Source: an uncultured Bacteroides sp. (GTDB lineage: Bacteria; Bacteroidota; Bacteroidia; Bacteroidales; SM23-62). From it: a DNA stretch of 64,000 nt. The stretch covers positions 22,688 to 86,687 of the forward strand of contig CAYSJH010000001.1 in the NCBI GenBank assembly GCA_964431315.1, in the 5' to 3' direction. The notes beneath the pieces were generated by a model. That model did not search any database. It worked only from the letters and a program-made list of their open reading frames with translations, and was not told the origin of the DNA. Position 1 is the stretch's first letter. Each line of letters opens with the position of its first letter. Shown one piece after another: positions 29,286-39,303 of the stretch. Position numbers and translations under genes: made by a program.

Positions 29286-30473
29286 ATGAATATACACGAA
29301 TACCAGGCTAAATCCATCCTTAAAAGATACAACGTAGCCATTCCGGAAGGGGCGGTGGTCGATTCGCCCGATGCAGCCGTCGAAGCAGCAAAAAAAATAC
29401 GCAATGCAACGGGGACCGAAACATGGGCGGTCAAGGCCCAGATCCATGCCGGGGGACGGGGCAAGGGAGGCGGGGTAAAAATCGCAAAATCCCTCGACGA
29501 GGTCAAGGAGCACGCCAAAAGCATCATCGGGATGAACCTGGTAACGCACCAGACGGGTCCCCAGGGAAGGGAGGTGCACAAAGTGCTCGTCGAGCAGGGG
29601 ATCTATTATCCCGGGGAAAGCGAGATCCGGGAATTCTACGTATCCGTCCTCCTGAACCGTACACTCGGAAAGAACATCATCATGTATTCACCTGACGGGG
29701 GAATGGACATCGAGGCGGTGGCGGAGAAAACGCCCGAGAGGATCTTCACCGAGACCATTGATCCCCGGGTCGGGATCCAGGCCTTCCAGGCAAGGAGGGT
29801 GGCTTTTAACCTGGGACTCTCAGGCAATGCCTACAAGGAAATGACCCAGTTCGTCACGGCGCTTTATAATACATACATCGGGGTCGATGCCTCGCTGATC
29901 GAGATCAATCCCGTGATGAAAACCTCGGACGACCATATCCTCGCCGCGGACGCTAAAATCAACCTTGATGATAACGCGCTTTTCCGGCATCCATTCTGTG
30001 CCGAGCTGAGAGACATAACCGAGGAGGATCCGTCCGAAGTGGAAGCCGGGAAATATAATCTTAATTTTGTCAAGCTGGACGGGAACGTGGGATGTATGGT
30101 GAATGGCGCGGGACTGGCCATGGCCACGATGGATATCATCAAGCTTTCCGGAGGGGACCCGGCCAATTTTCTTGACGTGGGGGGCACCGCCAATGCCGAA
30201 ACGGTGGAAGCCGGGTTCCGGATCATCCTGAAGGACGAAAACGTAAAGGCCATCCTGATCAATATATTCGGGGGAATTGTCCGCTGCGACCGGGTTGCCC
30301 AGGGAGTAGTCGATGCCTATAAAAGCATCGGCGATGTCAGGGTGCCTGTGATCGTGCGCTTGCAGGGGACCAATGCCGAGGAGGCCAGGGTCCTGATCGA
30401 CAAATCCGGTCTCAAGGTATTCCCGGCCATCAGCCTGCAGGAGGCCGCAGACCTGGTAAAAAAAGCCGTTTAA
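29286..30473 (+). CDS. sucC: Succinate--CoA ligase (ADP-forming) beta subunit
   Basis: MNIHEYQAK, KAQIHAGGRGKGGG, MVNGAGLAMATMD, NIFGGIVRCD. Confidence 0.97.
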   Translation: MNIHEYQAKSILKRYNVAIPEGAVVDSPDAAVEAAKKIRNATGTETWAVKAQIHAGGRGKGGGVKIAKSLDEVKEHAKSIIGMNLVTHQTGPQGREVHKVLVEQGIYYPGESEIREFYVSVLLNRTLGKNIIMYSPDGGMDIEAVAEKTPERIFTETIDPRVGIQAFQARRVAFNLGLSGNAYKEMTQFVTALYNTYIGVDASLIEINPVMKTSDDHILAADAKINLDDNALFRHPFCAELRDITEEDPSEVEAGKYNLNFVKLDGNVGCMVNGAGLAMATMDIIKLSGGDPANFLDVGGTANAETVEAGFRIILKDENVKAILINIFGGIVRCDRVAQGVVDAYKSIGDVRVPVIVRLQGTNAEEARVLIDKSGLKVFPAISLQEAADLVKKAV

Positions 30474-30474
30474 A

Positions 30475-31728
30475 TCAGCTTCGGAGCACGGGCAGGGTCA
30501 TGCAGCGGGCACCGCCGCCGCCCCTGGCAAGTTCAGCACCCTCGATGGTTATTACCCATTTATTACAGGCATCGGGATCCTTCTTCCCGGCCAGTACCTC
30601 CCGGGCAGGCAGGATCTCGTAGCCTTTCCGGTTCATCGCCTCAAGCGTATAGACATTCCTTTCGTACCCGATGAGCTTCCCGGGGGCGATGGCGAAAAAA
30701 TTGGTGCCGCTGTGCCACTGTTCCCTTTCCTGAATGAGGCGGTCGTGGCTTCCCCCGCAGTAAATGGGTTCCAGTTCCATCCCCAGCATTGCCAGGGTGT
30801 CCGGTATGTTCTTGACATTGCGAATATCCACCACCCTTCCGTCCTCGATCCGGATGTGAACCGTGCGGTACCTGCTCGGTTTCATGATAAGCGGTTCATA
30901 GACCATGCAGTCTTCATCGCTCAACAGGGTGAAGGCCATGTCGAGATGGATGAAGGATTCCGGCGAATCCGGCAGTTCCTGGACGATGACGTGGTGGGAC
31001 CCGGGTTTTTCCCTCAGGCGGTCGAGGATGAAATCAATGCCCTGGGAAGAGGTCCGGGGACCCGTTCCGATCAGGGTGATCCTTTCGCTCGCTACCAGGA
31101 CATCCCCCCCTTCGATCGAGATACCGGGCTCGCAATAATTGCAGTTCACCGGGTTGACCGTCTCGGACCTGAACTCAGGGTGGTATTTGAATATGGCTTC
31201 CATGATCATCGATTCGCGTTCCCGCACCTTGCTGGCCATTTTACCGATCAGGACCCGGTCATGGAGGCATATGCTGGCATCCCGGGTGAAGAAGAAATTG
31301 TGCAGGGGAAGCAGGGCAGAATCCACCGGGCTAAGGAAGCGCGTCAGGGTATCTTTTTTCATGGGCATCCCTTCGATCAACCTGGTTGCGAGGTCGGGAG
31401 CACCGAGAGCCAGAAGGTCCGGTATTATTTCGGGTACATTTTCATTCCGGCAGACCCGGTCGACCAGGTCCTCCCTCACCGGTTCATTTCCGGGAATGTC
31501 CGGTTCCAGGATTCCGGTCAGGAGATCCTTTACCTGGAAGGTTCTGGCAAAACGCTCTAATATCCCTTCCATCTGCCGGTATTCCCTGCCGGCTACCGAA
31601 AGGTTCAGAATGTCGCTGTAGAGCGCCCGCTGGGCATTTGCCGGACTCATGTTTTCCACTTCCGGACCCGGCCGGTGAAGGATCACCGCTTCCAGCCTGC
31701 CTGTTTCCGATGTTATAAATGGTTTCAT
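30475..31728 (-). CDS. arcA: Arginine deiminase
   Basis: SETGRLEAVILHRPG, FFTRD, EGGDV, IHLD, ARGGGGARCMTLP. Confidence 0.92.
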   Translation of the reverse strand: MKPFITSETGRLEAVILHRPGPEVENMSPANAQRALYSDILNLSVAGREYRQMEGILERFARTFQVKDLLTGILEPDIPGNEPVREDLVDRVCRNENVPEIIPDLLALGAPDLATRLIEGMPMKKDTLTRFLSPVDSALLPLHNFFFTRDASICLHDRVLIGKMASKVRERESMIMEAIFKYHPEFRSETVNPVNCNYCEPGISIEGGDVLVASERITLIGTGPRTSSQGIDFILDRLREKPGSHHVIVQELPDSPESFIHLDMAFTLLSDEDCMVYEPLIMKPSRYRTVHIRIEDGRVVDIRNVKNIPDTLAMLGMELEPIYCGGSHDRLIQEREQWHSGTNFFAIAPGKLIGYERNVYTLEAMNRKGYEILPAREVLAGKKDPDACNKWVITIEGAELARGGGGARCMTLPVLRS

Positions 31729-31766
31729 CTGTTATGAATGGTTTCGTCGCTAATCCGCGTGAGTAT

Positions 31767-31967
31767 TCAGTCCCTCAGTCCCACCCTGCGATGCGAACCG
31801 TCGCAGAAGGGTTTGGTCTTCGATCCCCCGCAGCGGCATAGGAAAATGGGATCACCGGTCTCGATGACCTTGCCCCTCATGCTTTTCAGGATGAAATCCC
31901 CGCTTACCTGCAGGGGACCGTTCCTGAGAACCTTGAATTCTGCTGTTTTTTTGTCTTTATTTTCCAT
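31767..31967 (-). CDS. CDGSH iron-sulfur domain protein
   Basis: NGPLQV..LCRCGGSKTKPFCDGSH. Confidence 0.9.
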   Translation of the reverse strand: MENKDKKTAEFKVLRNGPLQVSGDFILKSMRGKVIETGDPIFLCRCGGSKTKPFCDGSHRRVGLRD

Positions 31968-31990
31968 CGGTGGTCTCTTTATCGGTTTTA

Positions 31991-32038
31991 TACCTCAAGG
32001 GTTTTATTTACCTCAAGGGTTTTATTTACCTCATGGGT
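31991..32038. repeat. 18-bp tandem repeat (2 full units plus a partial) between the CDGSH genes
   Basis: tacctcaagggttttatt x2, then tacctcatgggt. Confidence 0.85.
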
Positions 32039-32094
32039 CCCTAAGGAGTATCGTTTCCCTGGTCGTTTTTCCATTATCGGCTGATATATTCGAT

Positions 32095-32580
32095 TCAATC
32101 GCAGCTGCTGGTGAAGTTTTCAATCCTGTGCGATCCGTCGCAGAAGGGCATGCTCTCCGAAGCCCCGCAACGGCAGAAAGAGGTCATCATCATCAGCTTC
32201 TTTTCCTTGCCGTCCGAACCGATCACCCGGAAATCACCTTCGACCACGTAAGGCCCGTTTTTCATGATCCGGATCTCGACCGGTTTGCCGGCCATCCGGC
32301 TCCTGCTGTTTTCTTCCATCAATTCATAGGAACCTTCTGCCGGTTTATCCGATTTCTTTGCAGGATCGTTCCAGTCATAGGTCAGGGCATTGGTCGGGCA
32401 CTTCCGGACAATCTCTATGATCTTTTCGGTCGGCGCCCCCTGCATGTTCACCCAGGGCCTTTTGCGGGGATTGAATACGGTGATCAGTTCCCTGTAGCAG
32501 GTCGTGGCGTGTATGCATGCCGAAGGTTTCCAGCTTACGGTAATTTCCCCGTTTGTATAGGTTCGTTCGTTGGGATCCAT
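32095..32580 (-). CDS. Divergent 4Fe-4S (YjdI-like) plus CDGSH fusion protein
   Basis: CIHATTC..VFNPRKRPWV..CPTNAL; NGPYVV..CRCGASESMPFCDGSH. Confidence 0.88.
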   Translation of the reverse strand: MDPNERTYTNGEITVSWKPSACIHATTCYRELITVFNPRKRPWVNMQGAPTEKIIEIVRKCPTNALTYDWNDPAKKSDKPAEGSYELMEENSRSRMAGKPVEIRIMKNGPYVVEGDFRVIGSDGKEKKLMMMTSFCRCGASESMPFCDGSHRIENFTSSCD

Positions 32581-32719
32581 GATCGTATCGATTCAGTGAC
32601 TGCAAAAATAATAAATACTTTCAGCCTGTCCCCGGGAAACATAAATTTCACAAGGGCTTAAACTTCGGGTAATATCTCCGGATCAGCCGGCATTCCCGCT
32701 TAACAAACACTTAATAAGG

Positions 32720-32770
32720 TAACATTATAATAACACAGGCCTAAACTAATATTAACCTTATAATAACATT
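32720..32770 (+). promoter_or_regulatory. Five 11-bp-phased direct repeats (Pho-box-like operator array)
   Basis: TAACATT 32720, TAACACA 32731, TAAACTA 32742, TAACCTT 32753, TAACATT 32764. Confidence 0.65.
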
Positions 32771-32865
32771 GTGGTTATTCAAATCAGGGCGGTAAACCTT
32801 TACTTTGAACCAGTCAGCATTACATTTTTAACTAACTGTAAATCAATTGATTGATTTTTTTCGCA

Positions 32866-35700
32866 ATGAAAAAATACCTCCTGTTTGTATTTTTTTCCTG
32901 TGCATTCAGTTCTTTTGTTTTTTCGCAGACCGGCACGATCAGGGGACAGGTAAAGGATGCGGCAACCGGAGAAACCCTGATCGGCGCATCCATTCTTATC
33001 CAGGGAACATCGAGGGGCGCCATTACCGATTTTGACGGGAATTTCACCCTCACCAGCATGGAACCCGGTCCATATAACCTGATCATCTCCTACATTTCCT
33101 ATGATAACCAGATCCATACGGTCGAGGTGAGCCCTGACGCAGAGGTGGTTCTCAACGTTGACATGCAGCCTGCAAGCATCGGGGTGGAAGAAGTGACCAT
33201 CGTACGGCGGAGAAGGACCGATACGGAAATGGCGGTGATCTGCAACCTGAAGTCGGGGGATTTGATCGCCAACGCCATAAGTGCCCAGCAGATCTCCAAA
33301 TCGCTCGATTCTGATGCCGGGGAGGTGATCCGCAGGGTTCCCGGTGTGACCATAACCAATGGCAAGTTTGTAATTGTAAGGGGACTCATAGAGCGGTATA
33401 ACTCGGTTCTTTTTAACGGCGCCACCGCCCCCAGCTTTGAATCCGATAAAAGGGCCTTTTCGTTCGATGCCCTTCCCAGCGGCATGATCGACAATATCCT
33501 GATCTATAAGAGTCCCGCTCCCGAACTGCCCGCTGATTTTGCAGGTGCCGCCATCAACATCATGACCCGGAGCAATGCGGATGAGAACAGCATCAGGGTG
33601 GGGTATACCGCTGAGTTCGTGGAGGGTGCATCGTTCAACAAGGATTTCCTGACCTATAAGGGAGGAAAAACGGATTGGCTGGGATTCGATGACGGCACCC
33701 GGAAATTTCCCTCATCGCTGCCTTCCATTGAAGAGGTCTCCCAGCTTTACGAATGGCCTGACATTAATGAATACAAGATTAAGACTAAGGAGATAACCCG
33801 TTTCTCGAGGGACTTCAACAGCATCTGGAACCCGGTGGCCGGCCAGCCATTCCTGGACCAGAGCCTGAATGTCACGGCACAGAAAAGGTTTGTGATCGGA
33901 AAGACCTCGCTGGGCAATATTACGGCCATAAACTACCGTGCCAGAAACCGGAAGACCGAAATCCGGCGTACCGAGTACCAGCGTTACGAACCTTCGATCG
34001 ATTCGCTGATAATGAATTTCAATTTCCTCGACCAGAAGTCCGTCAAGGAATACCAGCTGGGACTTATCCATAACTGGAATTTCATCTACGGCAGGAACCA
34101 GAAACTGACCTTCAACAATTTCCTGAACAATCTCGGCGAGGCGGCTGCATCCACCCGGCAGGGCGATGATTACTACAGTGTGGAAACCATCCGGATGACT
34201 AACCTGTGGTACAATAACCGCTTTATTTACTCTGGCCAGCTGGCCGGCATTCAGGAATTCAACCAGGAACGGACACACCTGAACTGGTTGCTGGGTTATT
34301 CCTGTATAAAGAATAATAAACCGGACGACCGGCGCCAGAAATACATTCTGGATTACGACAGGAACAAGTATTACCTGGAGATCCAGAACCAGCCCACCAA
34401 CGTCCGTAACGGGGGGCGCCTCGATATCAACCTGTTTGAGAGGATTTATAACGGGGGACTGGACTTCGACCATAATTTCTTCACCTTTACTTCCGAGAAT
34501 CCTTGGACTGTTAAGGCGGGCGGTTTTTACCAGTATAAATACCGCGTCTATAATTCCCGCCTGATGGGGGTGACCATCCCGAGACCCCGTGTTTCGATTG
34601 ATTTCTACCAGCCCATCGAAGACATCATGGTGGAGGATAACTTTTATTTCGACAGCCTGGATTTCCGGGTAGCGGGACTGGCTTACAACGACGGTACAAA
34701 GCTGAAGGACAGCTATTCGGCAGAAGATGAGATCACGGCGGGATACCTTGCCCTCAAGATCCCCATCCTGAAGAGCATCAATGTCTATGGCGGGGTAAGG
34801 CTTGAGAAGTATTCCAGGTTCCTGGGACCCGGCGACGGATCTGAGCCCGTTAAAAGGGATACCCTGAATTACTTTCCCTCCCTGAACATCACCTACAGCA
34901 TAAACGAGAAGCACCAGTTCAGGTTTGCATATGGCAAGACGGTGAACCGTCCCGAGTTCCGCGAGATCTCTTCGGTGGACTTCGAGGACTTTGACCTGAA
35001 CCTGATCATCCATGGAAATTCAGAGCTCAAGGATGCCTACATCCGGAACTATGACCTGAGGTACGAGTGGTATCCCAGCTTCGGGGAGATGATCTCGGTT
35101 ACCGGGTTTTACAAGAAGTTCAGGGATCCGATAGAGATTTTCCTGATCCCTGCCGGGACCGGTTACGATTACAGGCCTTATAATACGGAGGAAGCCACCA
35201 GCTTTGGCGTTGAACTCGATGTTCGAAAAACCCTGCTCGAACTGGAAAACGTGAAAGGGCTCGGTTTCCTTAAGAACCTCACCATCGTGTTTAATACCTC
35301 CCTGATCAAGAGTGAGATCAGCACCCGCAAACCTTTTGCCCGCGATTCGGTGCGGATTATGCAGGGACAATCGCCGTACATCGTTAACCTGGGACTCTTC
35401 TACAACAACCAGGAACACCTGTGGCGGATCAATCTCAATTACAATAATGTGGGAAAACGGATCGCTTTTGCAGGTACGCCCGATAATCCCCACACATGGG
35501 AACTTGCCAGGCACTCCCTCGATCTGAGTTTCCATAAGGAATTCGGCGAGAGGTTCGAGATCCGCGTGGGTGTCAAGGACCTGATCAACAACCCGGTACG
35601 CTTTGTCCAGTATTACGGTCCCGGTGACAGCGTGGTCGGCGACACCTACCGCTGGGTGCCGAACCGGAAGTTTTCAGCGGGACTGACCGTCCGGCTGTAA
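32866..35700 (+). CDS. TonB-dependent receptor with carboxypeptidase-regulatory-like N-domain
   Basis: Signal peptide; GQVKDAATGETLIGASI; plug IVRGLIERYN..FSFDALPS; KTVNRPEFRE; C-terminal beta-strand. Confidence 0.93.
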   Translation: MKKYLLFVFFSCAFSSFVFSQTGTIRGQVKDAATGETLIGASILIQGTSRGAITDFDGNFTLTSMEPGPYNLIISYISYDNQIHTVEVSPDAEVVLNVDMQPASIGVEEVTIVRRRRTDTEMAVICNLKSGDLIANAISAQQISKSLDSDAGEVIRRVPGVTITNGKFVIVRGLIERYNSVLFNGATAPSFESDKRAFSFDALPSGMIDNILIYKSPAPELPADFAGAAINIMTRSNADENSIRVGYTAEFVEGASFNKDFLTYKGGKTDWLGFDDGTRKFPSSLPSIEEVSQLYEWPDINEYKIKTKEITRFSRDFNSIWNPVAGQPFLDQSLNVTAQKRFVIGKTSLGNITAINYRARNRKTEIRRTEYQRYEPSIDSLIMNFNFLDQKSVKEYQLGLIHNWNFIYGRNQKLTFNNFLNNLGEAAASTRQGDDYYSVETIRMTNLWYNNRFIYSGQLAGIQEFNQERTHLNWLLGYSCIKNNKPDDRRQKYILDYDRNKYYLEIQNQPTNVRNGGRLDINLFERIYNGGLDFDHNFFTFTSENPWTVKAGGFYQYKYRVYNSRLMGVTIPRPRVSIDFYQPIEDIMVEDNFYFDSLDFRVAGLAYNDGTKLKDSYSAEDEITAGYLALKIPILKSINVYGGVRLEKYSRFLGPGDGSEPVKRDTLNYFPSLNITYSINEKHQFRFAYGKTVNRPEFREISSVDFEDFDLNLIIHGNSELKDAYIRNYDLRYEWYPSFGEMISVTGFYKKFRDPIEIFLIPAGTGYDYRPYNTEEATSFGVELDVRKTLLELENVKGLGFLKNLTIVFNTSLIKSEISTRKPFARDSVRIMQGQSPYIVNLGLFYNNQEHLWRINLNYNNVGKRIAFAGTPDNPHTWELARHSLDLSFHKEFGERFEIRVGVKDLINNPVRFVQYYGPGDSVVGDTYRWVPNRKFSAGLTVRL

Positions 35701-35921
35701 GAGAATCATTCGCTGAAAAAAATCTGTAATCGGATCCCAAGATTCATCCACTTCATGAACCCCATCCTTTATAAAAGACCGGTTCCCCGCTTGCATGCAA
35801 TTCAGTCCCCAGTGGCATATAATCCATTTCCCCATACAGGATTAATTTTATGTTAAGTCCCCCGGCCGCTTTTTTAATGAAAACATAAAATTCAGTAAAT
35901 ATCATTCAACATGCCTATAAC

Positions 35922-35929
35922 TATATTTG
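35922..35929 (+). promoter_or_regulatory. -7 box upstream of the T9SS cargo gene
   Basis: TATATTTG, 32 bp before the ATG. Confidence 0.5.
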
Positions 35930-35961
35930 CAGGCAGTTAATAAATTTAAAATCAACTAATT

Positions 35962-37596
35962 ATGAGCAAAGTTTTATCCTTGCTGTCGATGCTGGCCATT
36001 GTAAGCCCGGGTTTTTCCCAGAACAGCATCCAGAGCGATTTTTTTGAAAAGGTTCCTTACGTAGGAGCATTTGACGGATCGAATGACTGGACCTCAGGAT
36101 GGACCGAGTGGGATCCGATCAATGCAAACTATCCGGCTCCCACCGAAACCAAGGGAAATGGTGTCTTTACCAGGGCAGGCGGACTCCACATCACCACCGA
36201 TGAGACATGGAGTGGCGTACTGACACTGGATGGATGGGTATACGTAGATGAAGGGGCTACCCTGACTATTGATCCGGGAACCATCATCCGGGGAACCAAT
36301 AAATCCGCCCTGATCGTTGAAAGGGGAGGTATGATCATGGCCGTGGGGACTGCTAATAATCCCATCGTCATGACCTCGGCACAGGGTGCCGGATTAAGAA
36401 GCAATTCTGACTGGGCGGGACTGGTCCTTTGTGGCAAGGCCCCCAATAACCTTCCCGGTGGCGAGGGAATAGCCGAAGGCGGCATCGAATCGCCCTATGG
36501 CGGAGCTGATCCACACGATAACTCCGGAAAGATCAAGTACCTGAGGATCGAGTTCCCGGGGTATGAAGTGGCCACCGACAAGGAGATCAACGGCCTCACC
36601 TTTTGCTCGGTCGGAGATGGAACCGAGATCGACTACGTACAGGTATCCTATTCCGGCGACGATGCCTACGAATGGTTCGGCGGCACCGTGAATGCCAGGC
36701 ACCTGGTCTGCCTCGCCACGGAAGACGATAACTTCGACACCGACAACGGTTATATGGGTATGGTCCAGTATGGCGTGACAGCCCGCGACAGCAGCATCGT
36801 GGATACGGACGCCGCCAATGGCTTTGAGTCGGACAACGACGCCGACGGTTCGGAATTCGATCCTAAAACCCATGCCATCTTCAGCAACATTACATCCATC
36901 GGTCCCGCTGTTTCCGCAACGGAACCTGCAGTATTGCGTCCTAAGCATGCCGAAGGGGCTGCTATGAGGATCCGGCGGAACTCCAGGCTGCAGGTGTGGA
37001 ACTCTATTTTTGCCGGATGGGGACGCGGACTCAGGCTCGAATCCAACCGTGGATTTGAAGCGGCCCGGAGCGACTCGCTGACCGTTCAGTATTGCATTAT
37101 AGCCGGCGTTCGCGGCGAATATTTCAAGACCGATGTTTCCGCCGGTGTAGGCGCCGTCAGGAGCTGGTACTTTTTCGGGGACAGGGATAACGACACCCTG
37201 CCTGCCAATACTGATCTGATGCTCGAGGATCCGTTCCACTACACGGCTCAGAATTTCCAGCCAAAAGCCGGTTCACCCGTGCTTAACCGTTCCTGCTGGT
37301 ACGAACCAACGGGCATTGACGACCGGAGCAGGATGAGTGCTGACAACCTGGTAAGCAATTACCCGAACCCGTTCAACGGCATCACCCATCTCGATGTTGA
37401 GGTGGAACAGTCCACCCCCGTGAGCGTACAGGTATTTGACCTTACCGGAAAAATGGTTGCAAGCCTCTACGAAGGCGTCATGCAGCCGGGCAGGACCACC
37501 CTCACCTTCAACGCTGAGAACCTGGCCAGGGGAATGTACATCGGTAAGGTGGTCACAGGAAAACAGGAAACCGTCTTTAAGATGATCGCCCGGTAA
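35962..37596 (+). CDS. T9SS-secreted beta-helix protein with type A CTD
   Basis: Signal peptide; ATLTIDPGT, EINGLTFCSVG, GDDAYEWFGGTV, DDNFDTDNGY; CTD NYPNPFN..VFDLTGKMV..GMYIGKV. Confidence 0.85.
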   Translation: MSKVLSLLSMLAIVSPGFSQNSIQSDFFEKVPYVGAFDGSNDWTSGWTEWDPINANYPAPTETKGNGVFTRAGGLHITTDETWSGVLTLDGWVYVDEGATLTIDPGTIIRGTNKSALIVERGGMIMAVGTANNPIVMTSAQGAGLRSNSDWAGLVLCGKAPNNLPGGEGIAEGGIESPYGGADPHDNSGKIKYLRIEFPGYEVATDKEINGLTFCSVGDGTEIDYVQVSYSGDDAYEWFGGTVNARHLVCLATEDDNFDTDNGYMGMVQYGVTARDSSIVDTDAANGFESDNDADGSEFDPKTHAIFSNITSIGPAVSATEPAVLRPKHAEGAAMRIRRNSRLQVWNSIFAGWGRGLRLESNRGFEAARSDSLTVQYCIIAGVRGEYFKTDVSAGVGAVRSWYFFGDRDNDTLPANTDLMLEDPFHYTAQNFQPKAGSPVLNRSCWYEPTGIDDRSRMSADNLVSNYPNPFNGITHLDVEVEQSTPVSVQVFDLTGKMVASLYEGVMQPGRTTLTFNAENLARGMYIGKVVTGKQETVFKMIAR

Positions 37597-37671
37597 GGGA
37601 ATGATCGTCCGCTGACACACGAATAAAGATTGAACAGAAGCCACTTCGGGTCATACCGGGGCCATTGAACG

Positions 37672-37707
37672 GAAGCCGTCCCGTAACAAACCGGGGCGGC
37701 TTTTTTC
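37672..37707 (+). terminator. Rho-independent terminator
   Basis: aagccgtccc..ggggcggctttttt. Confidence 0.7.
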
Positions 37708-37906
37708 GTCCGGACCCCGGCGGATCAATATTACCCTGTGATCACCGTGAACATGCCAGGTAATAGAATATAAAATCATTATTTTATCCGTTTATTAAAC
37801 TAACGGTTACCTGGTTTAACGGGAAATTCAACCAATCAGGTAACTTTACGGTTACAATTCGGTTAGAATTCCTGGCACGGTAAATGCAAAACATGATATA
37901 TAAAGG

Positions 37907-38575
37907 GTGAAGGGACTGAAGGAGATCATACTGACAATCATCGTCCTGCTGGGGCTAAGCCAGGCGGTCATGGCGCAGGATCCCATTCGGCGCACCGGAG
38001 CGAGCCAGGATTCCAATCGGCGGACCGGAATAAACCTGGATTCCATTCGCCGGACCGGGGATGTCTATGTGGCACGCATGCTTATCATCGACGGGGATAC
38101 CATATGGGTTGCCGACCTGGACGAGGTCTATATATTTCCCACGAATAAATTCAAGAACCGCCGGGAGTACAGGCGCTATACACGCCTGATATACAATGTT
38201 AAAAAGGCTTATCCATGGGCCAGGCTGGCGGGGGAAAAACTCGCCGAGGTTGAAGTGCATATGGGCACGCTTAAGACCGAGAAAGAGCAGCGGGAATACA
38301 TCAAGCAGGTGGAACAGGAACTGCTGGACGATTACAAGGAAGATCTCAAACATCTGACGATCACCCAGGGGAGGATCCTCATCAAGCTGGTGGACCGGGA
38401 AACCGGGGATACTTCCTACGAACTGGTAAAGGAGCTAAGGGGAAACCTCTCCGCCGCCTTCTGGCAGGCACTTGCCAGGCTCTTCGGCTCCAACCTCAAA
38501 TCGGAATACGATGCCGCGGGCGAGGACCGCCTGATCGAAGAGATCATCATCCTGATCGATGCCGGCCAGCTCTAG
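37907..38575 (+). CDS. DUF4294 family protein
   Basis: LDEVYIFP..YTRLIYNVKKAYPWA..LTITQGRILIKLVDRETG..FGSNLK; GTG start. Confidence 0.85.
   Translation: MKGLKEIILTIIVLLGLSQAVMAQDPIRRTGASQDSNRRTGINLDSIRRTGDVYVARMLIIDGDTIWVADLDEVYIFPTNKFKNRREYRRYTRLIYNVKKAYPWARLAGEKLAEVEVHMGTLKTEKEQREYIKQVEQELLDDYKEDLKHLTITQGRILIKLVDRETGDTSYELVKELRGNLSAAFWQALARLFGSNLKSEYDAAGEDRLIEEIIILIDAGQL
37976..38065 (+). repeat. 3 x 30-bp in-frame repeat in the DUF4294 N-terminus
   Basis: QDPIRRTGAS QDSNRRTGIN LDSIRRTGDV. Confidence 0.8.
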
Positions 38576-39219
38576 ATCAGCTTCAGCATTGCATCAACCA
38601 CGTTCCGGGCTCCGTCACCGATCTGGGCGATGGTGGCATCGAGCATGTAGCAGGGCGTGGTGACCACCTTGTACTTCCGGTCCACCACAACCTCCCCGTG
38701 CGAGGTTTTTTTATGGGTGGCTCCCATTTTAAGGATCGCATCGGCCGTTCCTGCATCCTGCCCGATGGTGAGTTCCACATCCCCCAGGACCCTGGCCAGG
38801 ATAACCGGCGCGATGCAAAGCGCCCCTATGGGTTTGCCCAGGGATACCATTTCACGGATGGCTTTCTCGACATCCGGGTTCACCTTGCAGTCCGCCCCGT
38901 CAAAGGCAAAACTCGACAGGTTCTTGGCCGCCCCGAATCCGCCCGGGAAGATGAGGGCATCGAAATCCCTGCCTGAAAATTTACTGAGCGGTTTGATCTT
39001 TCCCCGGGCAATCCGTGCCGATTCGACCAGCACGTTGCGGGTTTCGTTCATTTCCTTCCCCGTGAGGTGATTGATGACATGGTGCTGGGGAATGTCGGGA
39101 GCAAAAATTTCGTACGAGGCTCCCTTCCTGGAGATGGCATAAAGGGTAAGGGTGGCTTCATGGATCTCGGAGCCATCAAATACCCCGTTTCCGGATAAAA
39201 CAACGGCAAATTTTTGCAT
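38572..39219 (-). CDS. elbB: Glyoxalase ElbB (DJ-1/PfpI superfamily)
   Basis: VLSGNGVFDGSEIHEA, ESARIARG, PGGFGAAKNL, CIAP, VTTPCYM. Confidence 0.93.
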   Translation of the reverse strand: MQKFAVVLSGNGVFDGSEIHEATLTLYAISRKGASYEIFAPDIPQHHVINHLTGKEMNETRNVLVESARIARGKIKPLSKFSGRDFDALIFPGGFGAAKNLSSFAFDGADCKVNPDVEKAIREMVSLGKPIGALCIAPVILARVLGDVELTIGQDAGTADAILKMGATHKKTSHGEVVVDRKYKVVTTPCYMLDATIAQIGDGARNVVDAMLKLI

Positions 39220-39303
39220 AACTTTCAGGGTTTATTTTTCAGCCCGAAGGCCCTGTTGCAGCCGACGGGTTACACATCGTAAAATACTAATTTTTTTGCC
39301 TCT

